NCBI GenBank assembly: GCA_032718475.1
Contig: JAUCBJ010001621.1
Span: forward strand, 31,492-95,491
Direction: 5' to 3'
Length of the DNA stretch: 64,000 nt
Source of the DNA: Nemertoderma westbladi
Lineage: Eukaryota > Animalia > Xenacoelomorpha
Shown here: positions 23,744 to 35,338 of the stretch, one piece after another
How positions within the stretch are numbered: the stretch's first letter is position 1
Layout: every line of letters starts with the position of its first letter
Notes under the pieces: model-generated
Seen by the model: the letters and a program-made list of their open reading frames with translations, nothing else
What the model was told of the DNA's origin: nothing
Database searches by the model: none
Position numbers and translations under genes: made by a program

Positions 23744-25785
23744 GTGGGGCGAGCCACGAAGTTGGCGGAGCCTTAGCGAATTGACACTGTTAGGTGGGGC
23801 GAGCCACGAAGTTGGCGGAGCCTTAGCGAATTGACACTGTTAGGGGGTGGGTCAATTTATGCAAATAGTTGTCGTCGTCGTCGTTGTCGTCGTCGTCGTC
23901 GTCGTCGTCGTCGTTACGATTTTGACATGCTAATAACTTTGTCGGATTTAAAGCTGCCAAGTTGAAAATTTGTAGGCAAAAGTTGAGATTTTTGAGAGAC
24001 TTTCAGACACCATCAGTGCAATGGTCTCCCGCTAGAGGGCCACATGTCTAAACATTAAATGCCCTCCCATTTCTTTGCTTTTAATCCGTTTAAGCTGAAA
24101 CTTGGCAGATATGTATTAGACCATTAGCTGTGACTTTCAAAGGAGGCGAATCCATCTGCAGTTCTCCAGTCTGCCGCTAGAGGGCCAAAGGTCTGAAAGT
24201 GAAATCGTTGTCGTCGTTACGATTTTGACATGCTAATAACTTTGTCGGATTTAAAGCTGCCAAGTTGAAAATTTGTAGGTATCAATATGAGCTAAAGTTG
24301 AGACGTTTGAGAGACTTTCAGACACCATCAGAGCAATAGTCTCCTGCTAGAGGGTCACATGTCTAAACGTTAAATGTCCTCCCATTTCTTTGCTTTTAAT
24401 CCATTTATGCTGAAATTTGGCAGATATGTACTAGACCATTAGCTGTGACTTTGAAAGAAGGAATTGAATTGAATTGAATTGAAGGCTAATCCGTGTGCAG
24501 TTCTTCAGTCTGCCGCTAGAGGGCGAAATGTTTGAAAGTGAAATCTTTCTCCCATCTCGTTATTTATGATCCGTTCAAGCTGAAACGTAGCAGATATGTA
24601 GTAGAAGTCGGCCTGAGTCTTTGGTGGGCAGTAAACGGTCTGGAGTCCTCCAGTCTGCCGCTAGAGGGCGAAATGTATAACTGTCCCCAATTCCTTGATA
24701 TTAATTTATTTAAAGTGAATATTGGCATATGTACTAGAGCACATGCTGCGTCTTTCTGAGGAAGGTGGTCGATCTGCATTTCTCCAGTCTGCCGCTAGAG
24801 GTAAGCGGAAATTCAAGACGCTGGTCACACTACTAAACGCATTATTTCAACATTCTCAAATATACGCTCCATAAATATTTCACGTTACTATTTTATTGAT
24901 AATCAAGATATAAACCAAGCGGAATTGGGGTGTAAACGTTAAGCAGACACCTGGTGCAGACACCTGGTGCAGACACCTGGTGCAGACACCTGGTGCAGAC
25001 AACTGGTGCAGACACCTGGTGCAGACACCTGGTGCAGACACCTGGTGCAGACACCTGGTGGGTGCAGACACCTGGTGGGTGCAGACACCTGGTGGGTGCA
25101 GACACCTGGTGGGTGCAGACACCTGGTGGGTGCAGACACCTGGTGGGAGCAGACACCTGGTGGGTGCAGACACCTGGTGGGTGCAGACACCTGGTGGGTG
25201 CAGACACCTGGTGGGTGCAGACACCTGGTGGGTGCAGACACCTGGTGGGTGCAGACACCTGGTGGGTGCAGACACCTGGTGGGTGCAGACACCTGGTGCA
25301 GACACCTGGTGCAGACACCTGGTGCAGACAGTTAGGCAGACCGGTACTGAAATGAATTACACAATAGCCTACATTCGCAGAAAAGCCTTTCTAGAATTAT
25401 CACTTATGACTACTTATTTGCGTGCATTTTTCACTGGGATTGGCTGCGTGCGTGTCTAGCGTCGTCTGTTTGATTACGTTGAACCTATACGACGAAATTT
25501 CTGAAAGTGAGATCCGTCTCTCATTTCGTTATCCGTTATTCAAGATGAAACTTGGCCGATGTACGTATGTACTATTCATCCATAGGCTGTGTCTTTGTGG
25601 GGCTGGAGACCCTAATCCATCTTCAGTTCTCACTATACCGCTAGAGTCAGAAATGTCTGAATAGAAATGAAAGAGGTAAAAAGTGATTAGGCGAAATCTG
25701 CTTAAAATTTGCTAATACAGTAATACTTTCGAATTAGTACTTAAATTAAATTTAAGTCACGTGCTGCGCGAAGGCCCCACTTCGT
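23744..25785 (+). mobile_element. Long HINE/Helentron-like element with internal tandem repeats
   Basis: GTGGGGC / GCCCCAC subterminal inverted repeat, 50-bp head duplicated (23744 and 23794), (GTC)n tract, internal units of 135-170 bp. Confidence 0.65.
24943..25330. repeat. 13/17-bp minisatellite GCAGACACCTGGT(GGGT)
   Basis: Read directly; generates six spurious ORFs. Confidence 0.95.
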
Positions 25786-25827
25786 GTCCCCATTGTAAAT
25801 GCTCGTTCATCTTTTAGGGAAAGCTGG

Positions 25828-27837
25828 ATGTCACAGACTGCAATTTCTGCTGTTCAGAGGAAGCAAGTGCTTTTTCAACGTTGGAGGACATATCCTACTG
25901 AGCGCAACCGTAATAGATATGTCAGTGCCAGACAGACGGCTGGTAGGGCATGTAGAGTGTCGAAATCAAATCACGAAAAACGTATTGCTGAACTTTGTAG
26001 TTCCAATCCTAAGGCTTTCTGGTCTTACGTTAATTCTAATAGAAAATGTTGCAACCCAATTGGCCCATTACGTACAGGGATTCAGACTGTTACCACGGAG
26101 TCTGAAATGTCGGAAGTTCTAAGTGACACATTTTCTGCTGCGTTTATTTCTGACGACGGCATCAGTGACCCATTACCTGACCCCCCAACCTTTGAGCGTG
26201 ATATTCCCCTTCTTGAGAATGTTGACGTTTCTATTGAAAATGTGATGAAGTTGTTATCTGATTTGAATCCTACCAAGTCTGCTGGCCCCGACAAACTACA
26301 TAGTCGAATACTGAAAGAGTTAACCGAGGTCATTGCAGTCCCATGTCAGTTTATATTCCAGTTGTCTTTTGATTCTGGTGTTGTTCCAGACGAATGGCGT
26401 ACTGCAATTATCAGTCCCTTGTTAAAGAAACCTCCTAAACATAACCCGGATAACTATCGTCCCATATCCCTTACTTGTATCTTGGCTAAGGTCTGTGAGA
26501 AGTTTATTCGTGATGCACTTATTTGTCATTTTGAAGGAAATAATATTTTCACTGATGCCCAGCACGGTGCTCGTGCTCACCGTTCTACAGTTACACAGTT
26601 ACTAGAAGTAGTGGAAGACTTCTGCAACTTTGTAGATGAACTGCATTCTCTTGGAGCTGATGTTGTGTATCTCGATCTAAGACGAGCCTTTGACACTGTC
26701 TCACACACCCTGCTACTGCATAAATTAGAGAGTTATGGTGTAAAGGGCAACGTTTTAGTTTGGATAGGTAACTTTCTTACTGGGCGTACCCAAACTGTTA
26801 GGGTTAATGGAGTATTAAGTGGGACTCGAATGGTGACCAGTGGCGTTCCTCAAGGGACTGTTACTGCGCCAATATTATTCTTGATCTTCGTTAATGATGT
26901 TCCTGATATGATCACATCTTGTTGTAAGATATTTGTAGATGATACGAAAATATACAGACAAATTTCTAGTACAGACGACACCAACTTCTTGCAAGCAGAC
27001 TTAAACCGGCTTGATGAATGGGCAAACAAATGGCACTTACAGTTTAATTTTTCAAAGTATAAAATACTTCACCTTGGTCGTAGAAATCCATCAACGCCAT
27101 ACTACATGTCTAACACAGTTCTGGATGCAGTATGCGAAGAGAAAGACCTTGGTGTTACTTTTAGTTCCAATATGTCATTCTCCGCTCATTGTTCTAATAT
27201 TGCTGCTCGTGCGACACGTATTCTTAACTTAGTAAAACACACATTCACGTTTATGGAACCGATAATGTTTACCAAGTTATATAAGTCTATAATTCGTCCG
27301 CTACTCGAATATGGTACAGTTGTATGGTCACCGTATCTTCAAAAGGATATCGAGCACATAGAACAAGTGCAACACCGCGCAACCCGTATGGTACCTTCAC
27401 TACAGCATCTGTCATATGAGGAGCGTCTTCGTTCACTTAAAATACCGACACTGATTTACAGACGAGCTAGATCGGATATGATATCAACATACAAGTTTGT
27501 TCACAAACTTGATAACGTAGACTATAGTAACTTTTTTGAACTCAGAAGCCAGCGTCACTCATATTCGACAAGAGGTTCATCACTGACATTGTACAAACGA
27601 AACACCGCGGGTCAACATCTGTTCCACACTAACAGTTTTGCGTCTCGTGTGATAAACTTATGGAATATGTTGGATGAGAATGTTGTTAATGCTCGAGATT
27701 TTCATGGTAATCCTAGTGTAAACTTATTTAAAAATCGTCTTGATTGTGCCATGAAGTCCAAAATGAATATTTATAGTGATATACCAGTTAGACAAGTTGC
27801 CACTGCCCAGTTTACATTCCATCGGTACTTATATTAA
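25828..27837 (+). CDS. CR1-type LINE ORF2 reverse transcriptase (continuation of 21640-22320); element 3' end at about 28349 with an (AAACT)n tail
   Basis: KSAGPD, NYRPISLT, YLDLRRAFD, GVPQG, FVDDTK and EKDLGV motifs; open frame. Confidence 0.93.
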   Translation: MSQTAISAVQRKQVLFQRWRTYPTERNRNRYVSARQTAGRACRVSKSNHEKRIAELCSSNPKAFWSYVNSNRKCCNPIGPLRTGIQTVTTESEMSEVLSDTFSAAFISDDGISDPLPDPPTFERDIPLLENVDVSIENVMKLLSDLNPTKSAGPDKLHSRILKELTEVIAVPCQFIFQLSFDSGVVPDEWRTAIISPLLKKPPKHNPDNYRPISLTCILAKVCEKFIRDALICHFEGNNIFTDAQHGARAHRSTVTQLLEVVEDFCNFVDELHSLGADVVYLDLRRAFDTVSHTLLLHKLESYGVKGNVLVWIGNFLTGRTQTVRVNGVLSGTRMVTSGVPQGTVTAPILFLIFVNDVPDMITSCCKIFVDDTKIYRQISSTDDTNFLQADLNRLDEWANKWHLQFNFSKYKILHLGRRNPSTPYYMSNTVLDAVCEEKDLGVTFSSNMSFSAHCSNIAARATRILNLVKHTFTFMEPIMFTKLYKSIIRPLLEYGTVVWSPYLQKDIEHIEQVQHRATRMVPSLQHLSYEERLRSLKIPTLIYRRARSDMISTYKFVHKLDNVDYSNFFELRSQRHSYSTRGSSLTLYKRNTAGQHLFHTNSFASRVINLWNMLDENVVNARDFHGNPSVNLFKNRLDCAMKSKMNIYSDIPVRQVATAQFTFHRYLY

Positions 27838-28409
27838 ATTAAATTTTTCTTTTGTATCATTGTAATTACAATTTTTACTTAATTAAATATCAGGTTCTTT
27901 GTTTTTAATATTTTCATATGAAGTGCACAGTATTTTTTATTATTTTTATTATTTTTTATTTGTTTTTTTATATTATTGCATACATCGAAGTTTTTACTGT
28001 ATCGTTCTTAATAGAAAATTTTTAATCATAACGTGCCAACTAAATTTTTTTTTAATGTTTATTTTTTATTGCAATATGTAAAACTATCAACATTGTGGTT
28101 TTTACTTACAATCTACGTCGTATAATTTTGAACCCCACTATCTGATTATTGTTTATTTATGTTTGTAATATGTTATATGTTTGTACCTATAATGTATGTA
28201 ACTTACCTGCAGTACTTCATAAAAGAAATATACGCATATGCGTAGAATCCTTATAGATTTGCCAGTTCATTGTGTCATTATAAGAATTTATGTGCTGTAT
28301 GTATTAATTTTAATTTGCATTTGGCGTATTAAACTAAACTAAACTAAATACTGCACGAGTGTTCCTGACAGCCTGAGTCTACTATACTAAATAGTCTACT
28401 AAATTAAGA

Positions 28410-29070
28410 CAGTAAGAACGCCATGGTGCATGGTGCAAAGAACCTTTTTTTTTATCAGATTTTTTAAAATATGTTTTCCGATGTATAATTTTATGGTGAT
28501 TCCGAATCTGAAATCAGTTTTTCGATAAGTTGTTTTGTTCTCGACTTATGGAAGCATTTGTAATTTTCACTCAAAATTTGAAAACTTTTAATTTTGGTGC
28601 AGCACCACATTTAACACCAAAAAAGACCATCAAACACCCAAAAAATTCGAATTTCTGAATCATTTTCTGAATCATTTATGAACCGCATTTTCTGAATCAG
28701 CGCCGAAAATTAGCCTATAGGTATCAAAACGCAAAAGAAGATTATTTTTGAAAATTTTAAAAATTGTTCACTTTTGGTGCATGTTTGGTCAGTTTTAATC
28801 AGGATTAAATTTAAATCTCATTTTTCTCGCCTTGCCCTTTTTGGGACACTTTCGCTATCTACATTTTAACTATTAAACCGATTTTCGTTCTGTTTGCTGA
28901 ATCATATAGATGAGGGATATTCCACGCAAAATTGTGTTGATAGAATTTTGAAATTTTGTTTAGAAAAAGTTATGGCATTTTTTGTGTAAAAAATCGCGAA
29001 CTTTTGGATTTTTTTAACTTTTCGGTATTTTAGATACGAAGATGTCATAACTTTTTTGAAAATTATCGCC
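28410..29070. mobile_element. Probable DNA-transposon remnant
   Basis: Repeated GATTCCGAATCTGAA and CTGAATCA motifs typical of subterminal regions; ends not resolved. Confidence 0.3.
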
Positions 29071-29099
29071 TTTTATCCTGAGGTTAGCGAATATAAAAG

Positions 29100-29871
29100 T
29101 TAGGCTGAAAACACTCCCTCAGTCGTCTAAGAGCCTAGGTTGGGAACACACCCCAGTTATCTCAGCCTAGGCTGAGAACACTCGCCTTACAGTAGGCTGA
29201 GATGACTCCACTAATTGCGAAAAACCCTACAAATACAGTGTAACTGAGTAATTATGTGTTACAGTAATACAGTAATTGTAATGTACAGTAGTGTGTACAG
29301 TAATGTAGTAATACAGTAATTATATATGTGTATTACATGTGTAGGGCCTACTCTATAAGTTAAATTCCGATGTTGCCTTTCTCACTGTTAAATACAGTAA
29401 TTATATTAAGTAGTTAGAAAAGCACGTCTCTGTTACCTGCTCTTTTTCCTCATTTTGTATTGTAATTGTTTATTGTTTTGGTTAGAAAAGCCCGCCCCTG
29501 TAACCTGCTCCTTTCTCGCAATTGGTAATGTTATCGTTTATTATTTTGGTTACTGTTTCCGTCTATGTAACCTGCTCATTTTCCTTAATTTAAGGAATGC
29601 ATACCTAAAAAGTCCTTCTGCGGACAACAAAAGTATATGCAAAATTCGTAAAAAATTGTGGAGAAAAAAGTCAACTAAACGGACATAAAAAATCACTGCC
29701 AAAAAGTATTTAGCTGCCTGCCTGTATATGTATACAGCATGGTAAAACGAACTTAGATCCTATGTTTACAGTAAGTTAGAAACAACTAAACAACTGGGGG
29801 AGCCATACTGTAGGCCATAGCCTCAGCCTAGGCTGAGAAGACTGGGGAGTTATATCAGCCTGTTACACCGG
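29100..29871. mobile_element. Foldback MITE related to 20650-21611
   Basis: CAGCCTAGGCTGAG arms, right end TGTTACACCGG, same internal TGTAACCTGCTC...TTTTGGTTAGAAAA units (29410-29590). Confidence 0.55.
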
Positions 29872-30407
29872 ACCAAATACCAGGAGTACTGTGCCCCTAT
29901 ATACAGTATAAGCAATCACTTATTTCCACATCATATATCAACAGTATTGATTTTGTTCTGGGGGAAGTTCCCCCGGGAAAAGGGATACTTTGGGGGCCAA
30001 ATCCAAGAAATAAGGCTTGGAATGTTTTGGGGTTGATATTTAAAATTCCCATAGTGCGGACCAATACCAGTAGTATAATATATACAGTATAAGCAATCAC
30101 TTATTCGCATCATTTTGCAATAATATTATTTTTATTTTTATCTTAATCTTTAATTTATCTTTAATTAAACCGTCCCATTTACACCTGATCTAACAACATG
30201 TTAGGTCGGGTATATACAGTTGTCGTCAAGCTTGCTCATGAACATTTACCGGTATATACTGTCGACGGCCCCTCGCATCAATGAGAAGGGTAGGCCTATA
30301 TTTTATTGCCATAGTCCAAGTTACACGACTAATTTTTAATGAATCATCACATTTACACCCGACCTAACAACGCATGTTAGGTCGGGTACAGTACAGCAGA
30401 CCAGCTG

Positions 30408-31072
30408 GCACACAAGACAATTGCCCCCCGGACAATTGCCCCCCGGTCAATTGCCCCCCGGACAATTGTCCCCCCGGACAATTGCCCCCCGGACAATTGT
30501 CCCCCCGGACAATTGCCCCCCGGACAATTGCCCCCCGGATAATTGTCCTCCGGACAATTGCCTCCGAAGAATATTTTAAAATATATTAGGTCGTTTCTTA
30601 CTAGCTATTTCTTGCCACAGCCTAGCATAATACAACAATAAAAACAAATTTAATATGTCTATCCCCGTTTCATAATTTAATAATCATGTTTGCTTATTTG
30701 CACATGAATTACGATATTTTATAACTGAAGTATTTCATTACAATAAAAATACAGAAGCCATTTCTAAAATTATGTTATTCTAAAAACTTAGCTAGCACAA
30801 AGCGAAACAATTTGTTCTATATTAAAATCTTAGATGATCCGGGGGGCAATTATACGGGGGGGGGGGCAATTATCCGGGGGCTAATTGTCCATGGGGCAAT
30901 TATCCTCGGGGGTCAATTGTCCTCAGGGGCAAATTCTCCGGGGGGCAATTCTGCGGGGGGCAATTGTCCGGGGGACAATTGTCCAAGGGGCAATTGTCCG
31001 GGGGGCAATTGTCCGGAAGGCAATTGTCCGGGAGGCAATTGTCCGGGGGGCAATTGCCCGGGGGGCAATTTA
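30408..31072. mobile_element. Foldback element with inverted arrays of 15-bp CAATTGCCCCCCGGA
   Basis: Array 30417-30570 is the reverse complement of array 30838-31070, with an AT-rich spacer between. Confidence 0.8.
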
Positions 31073-31108
31073 TTTTATTATGAGCTTTGGAAGTTGGCGT
31101 TGCTTGAA

Positions 31109-31139
<31 letters not shown>

Positions 31140-31284
31140 GAACCCCCAACCCCCAACCATGCCACTTCCCACCTGATAATATAAGCGCTATTAGTAAAGT
31201 ATAAAGGTTATTATTTTAATTATAATTGTTTGGGGAGTTCCTATAAAGTGTAGAAATATTAAACGGCAAGATGATAATTGAGTA

Positions 31285-31522
31285 TTCCAGAGGTTGTGGG
31301 TTCGATCCCCACATGGGGCCAGGGCAATTTTGGTGCAGTTTTGGCTCGAATTCTTTTCAAAGGACTAGCCCGGGAGCATCTTTGACTTGCACCCTTAAAT
31401 GGCAGCTAAATGAGTACTGGAGTTTCCTCTTGGGAGTATAGTTCTGGGGGGACCGTACTGGAAATAAATTGATAGACTTTGTGCATAACCTAACCTTGAC
31501 CTAACGGCCGATGAAAACATTT
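31285..31522 (+). mobile_element. tRNA-derived SINE, same family as 13925
   Basis: B box GGTTCGATCCC at 31299, shared core and shared GACTTTGTGC...AACGGCC tail. Confidence 0.72.
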
Positions 31523-31709
31523 AACTTTACTTATCTTCAACAGTAGCTACATTATTGCACAAATAAATCTCTTATATCTTAGGCCTACACATCAGCGATT
31601 ATAATTGTTCATCGGTTCTTGTTCACCAACATGATCGCCATAATGTTTTGTACGTTATATCTATAGTACAGTAATTATAATGAACTAAGTTATTTATCCC
31701 TATACAATT

Positions 31710-32109
31710 TAGTGTTTAAACGGGATCCCGATCCCGAAAAAGCGGTATTCTGGTGAAAAATGCAATCCCGGTCCCGATCCGGACTTTTTTGGTATAGTAT
31801 AGATAATAGTAAGTAAATTTGTTGAATATCTGATAAATAGTTCCAGCAGAACGTAGATGTTTTGATTATATCGAACTTTTATGTCAATAAACCATCCAGA
31901 AATCAATTGAAAAATAATCTTAATAACTTTATCTTACTAATATTTAAGAATTGTAAGATAAAGTTAGTGTTACCCAAAAACCGCCACATATTCGATTAAC
32001 AATAAGGAAAATAATTCAAAATTGTAATCCCGATCCCAAAAAACGGAATCCCGAGAGTGGTAATCCCGATCCCGATAATCCCGAAAAGTCTGATTCCGTT
32101 TAAACACCA
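31710..32109. mobile_element. MITE with hAT-like ends
   Basis: TIRs AGTGTTTAAACGG / CCGTTTAAACAC and ATCCCG subterminal repeats; TSD not clean. Confidence 0.65.
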
Positions 32110-32437
32110 CTATACACACAACTGCAGTAAATTGAAATAAATCATGCATATGATGGATCACATTGAATTCCAGTACCCCAGTCCACGGACCACAAGCCAG
32201 TATATTGCCTTACAAAAAGAAAAGTTGCGTGGCAGCCCCCTCCCCTCCCATTTATAACATACAATAGCAAAATTGGTATAAAATTCCTAGAAGTTATATA
32301 TTTAATAATACTAATAGGGCTGTACTGTACCTGTAACAGCATCCATATGTAATAACGACTAAAAGATACTAAATAATATTACTTTAGTAATTAGCATAAT
32401 TACTGTATAATAACATTAAATACAATTAATTACGTAA

Positions 32438-33736
32438 TTACCGATAATCTCTCCTATTAGTCTCTTGATCCCTATCTACTTTGTCTCTTCTGGAACGGAA
32501 TCCTTTCCGATGCCCCGGTTTCATTTCTTCCTTCATGTATTTGTGTTTAGAATTCGCCACTATTTTATCGTCAACGTAGTTACCATGGTACAGTCTGGGC
32601 GTCTCCAACCATTTCGCTTCTGTATACGGATCCACCTTACCTTTATACATGCTGTAACGTTTTGTAAGTCCTTTAGTGGGATAATCGGGGCCGTTAATAT
32701 CCTGCGATAAATCGAACTTCTGGTCTATATCTTCCTGAATTCGTTGCCTCCTCTCTAACTCTTTATCGTCTACATCAACGCGAGTACGCACTTGGTTGTC
32801 CGCGGTCACATCCCCAGGGACTACGATCTTACCATGAACCCGCCAGAGACCGGTCGCGTCCACAATGTGTTTTTCCATTACAACGTATTCTACAACATCC
32901 CTTGGAACATTCGCGTTTCCAGCAATTAATCGCCCGAATCTGTCGTACAAAGCGAACAGTTGTTGACTATGGAATCGCACTGTAACCTGACCGTAGTAAT
33001 TATCGTTTCCCCCCTGCACCGCCATCGCTACATGCACTACCCTGGGTGGTTCGATAGCACCCACCCACTCCCACACCAAACTCCGTCGCTCAATACCCCC
33101 AGTAAAACCAATCCAACAGAACTCTGTGATTAGTTTACGGAGGGCTTCCACGTCTTTAGCACAGAGCGCCCTGTGTGCAGCTACGTAGATATCCCGAGCT
33201 TCCACGGCAAACTCCCCCCTCTTAAAGGAGGAATCGTACTTCCTTATCTTATGGAGAGCTCGCATAGCTGTCGCTGTTTTAGTGAGGGGATCAACTGTTT
33301 TCTGTTTTATACCGGCTTGGGTTGTTATACTCAAACGTCCATCTCCCTCAGGTGGGACATATCTATCGGAAATATCGTAAGTGCACGCTAACAATTGCCC
33401 CTTTAAGTTCCGACTCTGCATATCCATTTGACTCTGATATAGTTCCACGAGTTTTTTCACTTCTTTATGGAACGATTCATTGGACCCTAATCGATGATCT
33501 TCCATTTTTTCTGTTTCTTTTTTGGTGCGGAACGATGGCGGGGGCTCAGGGATTGTTCGCTGAGGTGTCGGAGACAGAACTGACGTTTCCGAGGGCTGTA
33601 TGACCGCGGGAATATCATTGGGTGAACTCGCGAATAGGCGGTTTACAGTTTGGTGTACCTTAGGTTGTTTAGAAAGAGTAACTAAATTGTCTTTCCAATA
33701 ACGGTGACTACCAATCATCCGGATCAAAGTGGCCAT
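32438..33736 (-). CDS. MRPL45: Mitochondrial ribosomal protein mL45 (Tim44-like domain), single exon
   Basis: YVPPEGDG, QVTVRFHSQQ, YDRFGRL, DVVEYVV.EKH and WRVHGKI motifs; basic N-terminal presequence. Confidence 0.9.
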   Translation of the reverse strand: MATLIRMIGSHRYWKDNLVTLSKQPKVHQTVNRLFASSPNDIPAVIQPSETSVLSPTPQRTIPEPPPSFRTKKETEKMEDHRLGSNESFHKEVKKLVELYQSQMDMQSRNLKGQLLACTYDISDRYVPPEGDGRLSITTQAGIKQKTVDPLTKTATAMRALHKIRKYDSSFKRGEFAVEARDIYVAAHRALCAKDVEALRKLITEFCWIGFTGGIERRSLVWEWVGAIEPPRVVHVAMAVQGGNDNYYGQVTVRFHSQQLFALYDRFGRLIAGNANVPRDVVEYVVMEKHIVDATGLWRVHGKIVVPGDVTADNQVRTRVDVDDKELERRQRIQEDIDQKFDLSQDINGPDYPTKGLTKRYSMYKGKVDPYTEAKWLETPRLYHGNYVDDKIVANSKHKYMKEEMKPGHRKGFRSRRDKVDRDQETNRRDYR

Positions 33737-33926
33737 GTTTTAGGTTGATAAAGCAAGTGGAATACCTACTGTCCTACCAGTCTCGTAGTCTGATGGCTGA
33801 GGCAGTAACGGCAACCGCATGTGGCATGCAGACTCAGCAGATTTCAGACTGGACTATAACCGTTAACAGAACAACACAGCAACATAATAACTGTAATAAT
33901 GGTAGATGGACTTAATAATGTAGTAG

Positions 33927-34035
33927 TTTGAATTTCCCGCCGATTTTATTTATCGATAGACTACAGAGTGTGATAAATGATCTCAAGGCAACGGTTTGTT
34001 TGTTTCACGAACTAACCAATGCAATGTCTTTTATA
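33927..34035. promoter_or_regulatory. Candidate housekeeping promoter elements upstream of MRPL45
   Basis: E2F-like TTTCCCGCC (about 33933), DRE-like TATCGATA (33951) and CCAAT (about 34016); motif matches only. Confidence 0.35.
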
Positions 34036-34446
34036 AGAGTAGGTTAGATATAATCAACTTAAGGGGGGCAGCCAACGCATCCTTTAGTATTATTGCTAAT
34101 ATTCACATTTGTATTAAACGTAGTTATTTTGTTTTAAATTTAGTATTGTAGTTAATAGAGTGTACAGTATAATGTATGTGTGGATGTATAACCATGTAGT
34201 TGTCTTTTCATAAGTATAACTGTATAGATGTGTTTTGGTGGCTGAATTAATGGGATATCCTGTCTCAGCCACCAACCACAATATATGTACTTTATTTATT
34301 TTATAATATGTTCTTTTATTGTTTTTTTTTCTATAAGACAACTCCATATCATACCATACAGTACTTTATACGAATATGTTTTAAACAGTATTAGCTTGTG
34401 CATCTTTTGGAAATTGTTAATAAAAAGGTCAAAGTTCAAGTTCAAA

Positions 34447-35338
34447 TTAAAGGACGCCATTTTGAAGAAAGGTTCCAAATTGCGCGAAGTCCCCATTATT
34501 AAAATCATAGTAGTCATCTGTATGATCCTGTGCAACGGGTTGGGTTGCAGATGTTATAAAGAATTCGACACTGTCATGGTCACTTGAACCAAATCCTGGG
34601 TTTGTATTAATACCAGAAACATGTTTGTCGTCAGTGCTAAAAGCTAAATACAGAATAGATTCATTTCGAGTGGGTTTAAGTTGGAGTTCTGTTAAGCTTG
34701 CTTCCAAGACGAGGTCAGCAAAGGATTGATATAATGGGCTACCAGGGTGTGTGAATTCGACCCAGTTAAACTCCTTGAGGTTGAAATCACCAGTGATAGC
34801 ACAAGGTAAATTTGTCTCAGACAGCTCAGAGAGGCATTCACATAGTAGTTTGTTTATGCGTTGCTCATCATAATCAGGTCTGTACGCACAAATAAAACGT
34901 GAGGGTACATCCCCGATGATATCTATGGCGACCACTTCGACCTCACTAAACATTGTCGATATCGTTGTACGCATACATTTAATGTCCCTTGAACCAAAAA
35001 TCGCAACACCACCACCGCGACTAGGTCGATCTTTCCTAAAAACACGAAAGTTTGTGCCGTCAGTAAGCAAGGCATCTGGAATGGAGTCAACCAACCATGT
35101 TTCGATAATGGCGAGAATTTTATACTTAGTGTTAGAGAGGAGTTCCGATAGATCACAAAGTTTATTCTTTACAGATTGCGCATTGAAACAACAGCAATGA
35201 TAAAGACCCTCAATAGCTTCTCCCGAAGTTAGTTTAAATGATCAAGCGTATTCTGTGTTAGGTTATCCACTGATATACCTGTGGTGTTGCTGTTTGGGGC
35301 CGTGGAATTCTGGGTATCGATTTCATGGGAAGGATATT
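34447..35338 (-). pseudogene. CR1-type LINE: end of ORF1 and ORF2 AP endonuclease, 3' truncated
   Basis: FRKDRPSRGGGVAI, YRP, GDFN, PTR and SDH motifs; contiguous with 51805 once the BEL element is removed. Confidence 0.85.

Noticed and set aside
23688-23760. Hammerhead ribozyme at CTGATGAG
   Set aside because: No GAAA core or compatible stems follow
24880-25459. Cys/His-rich repeat proteins
   Set aside because: Artefacts of the 13/17-bp minisatellite, open in all frames
30374-31204. NCPPD / GGNCP repeat proteins
   Set aside because: Translation of the 15-bp foldback arms
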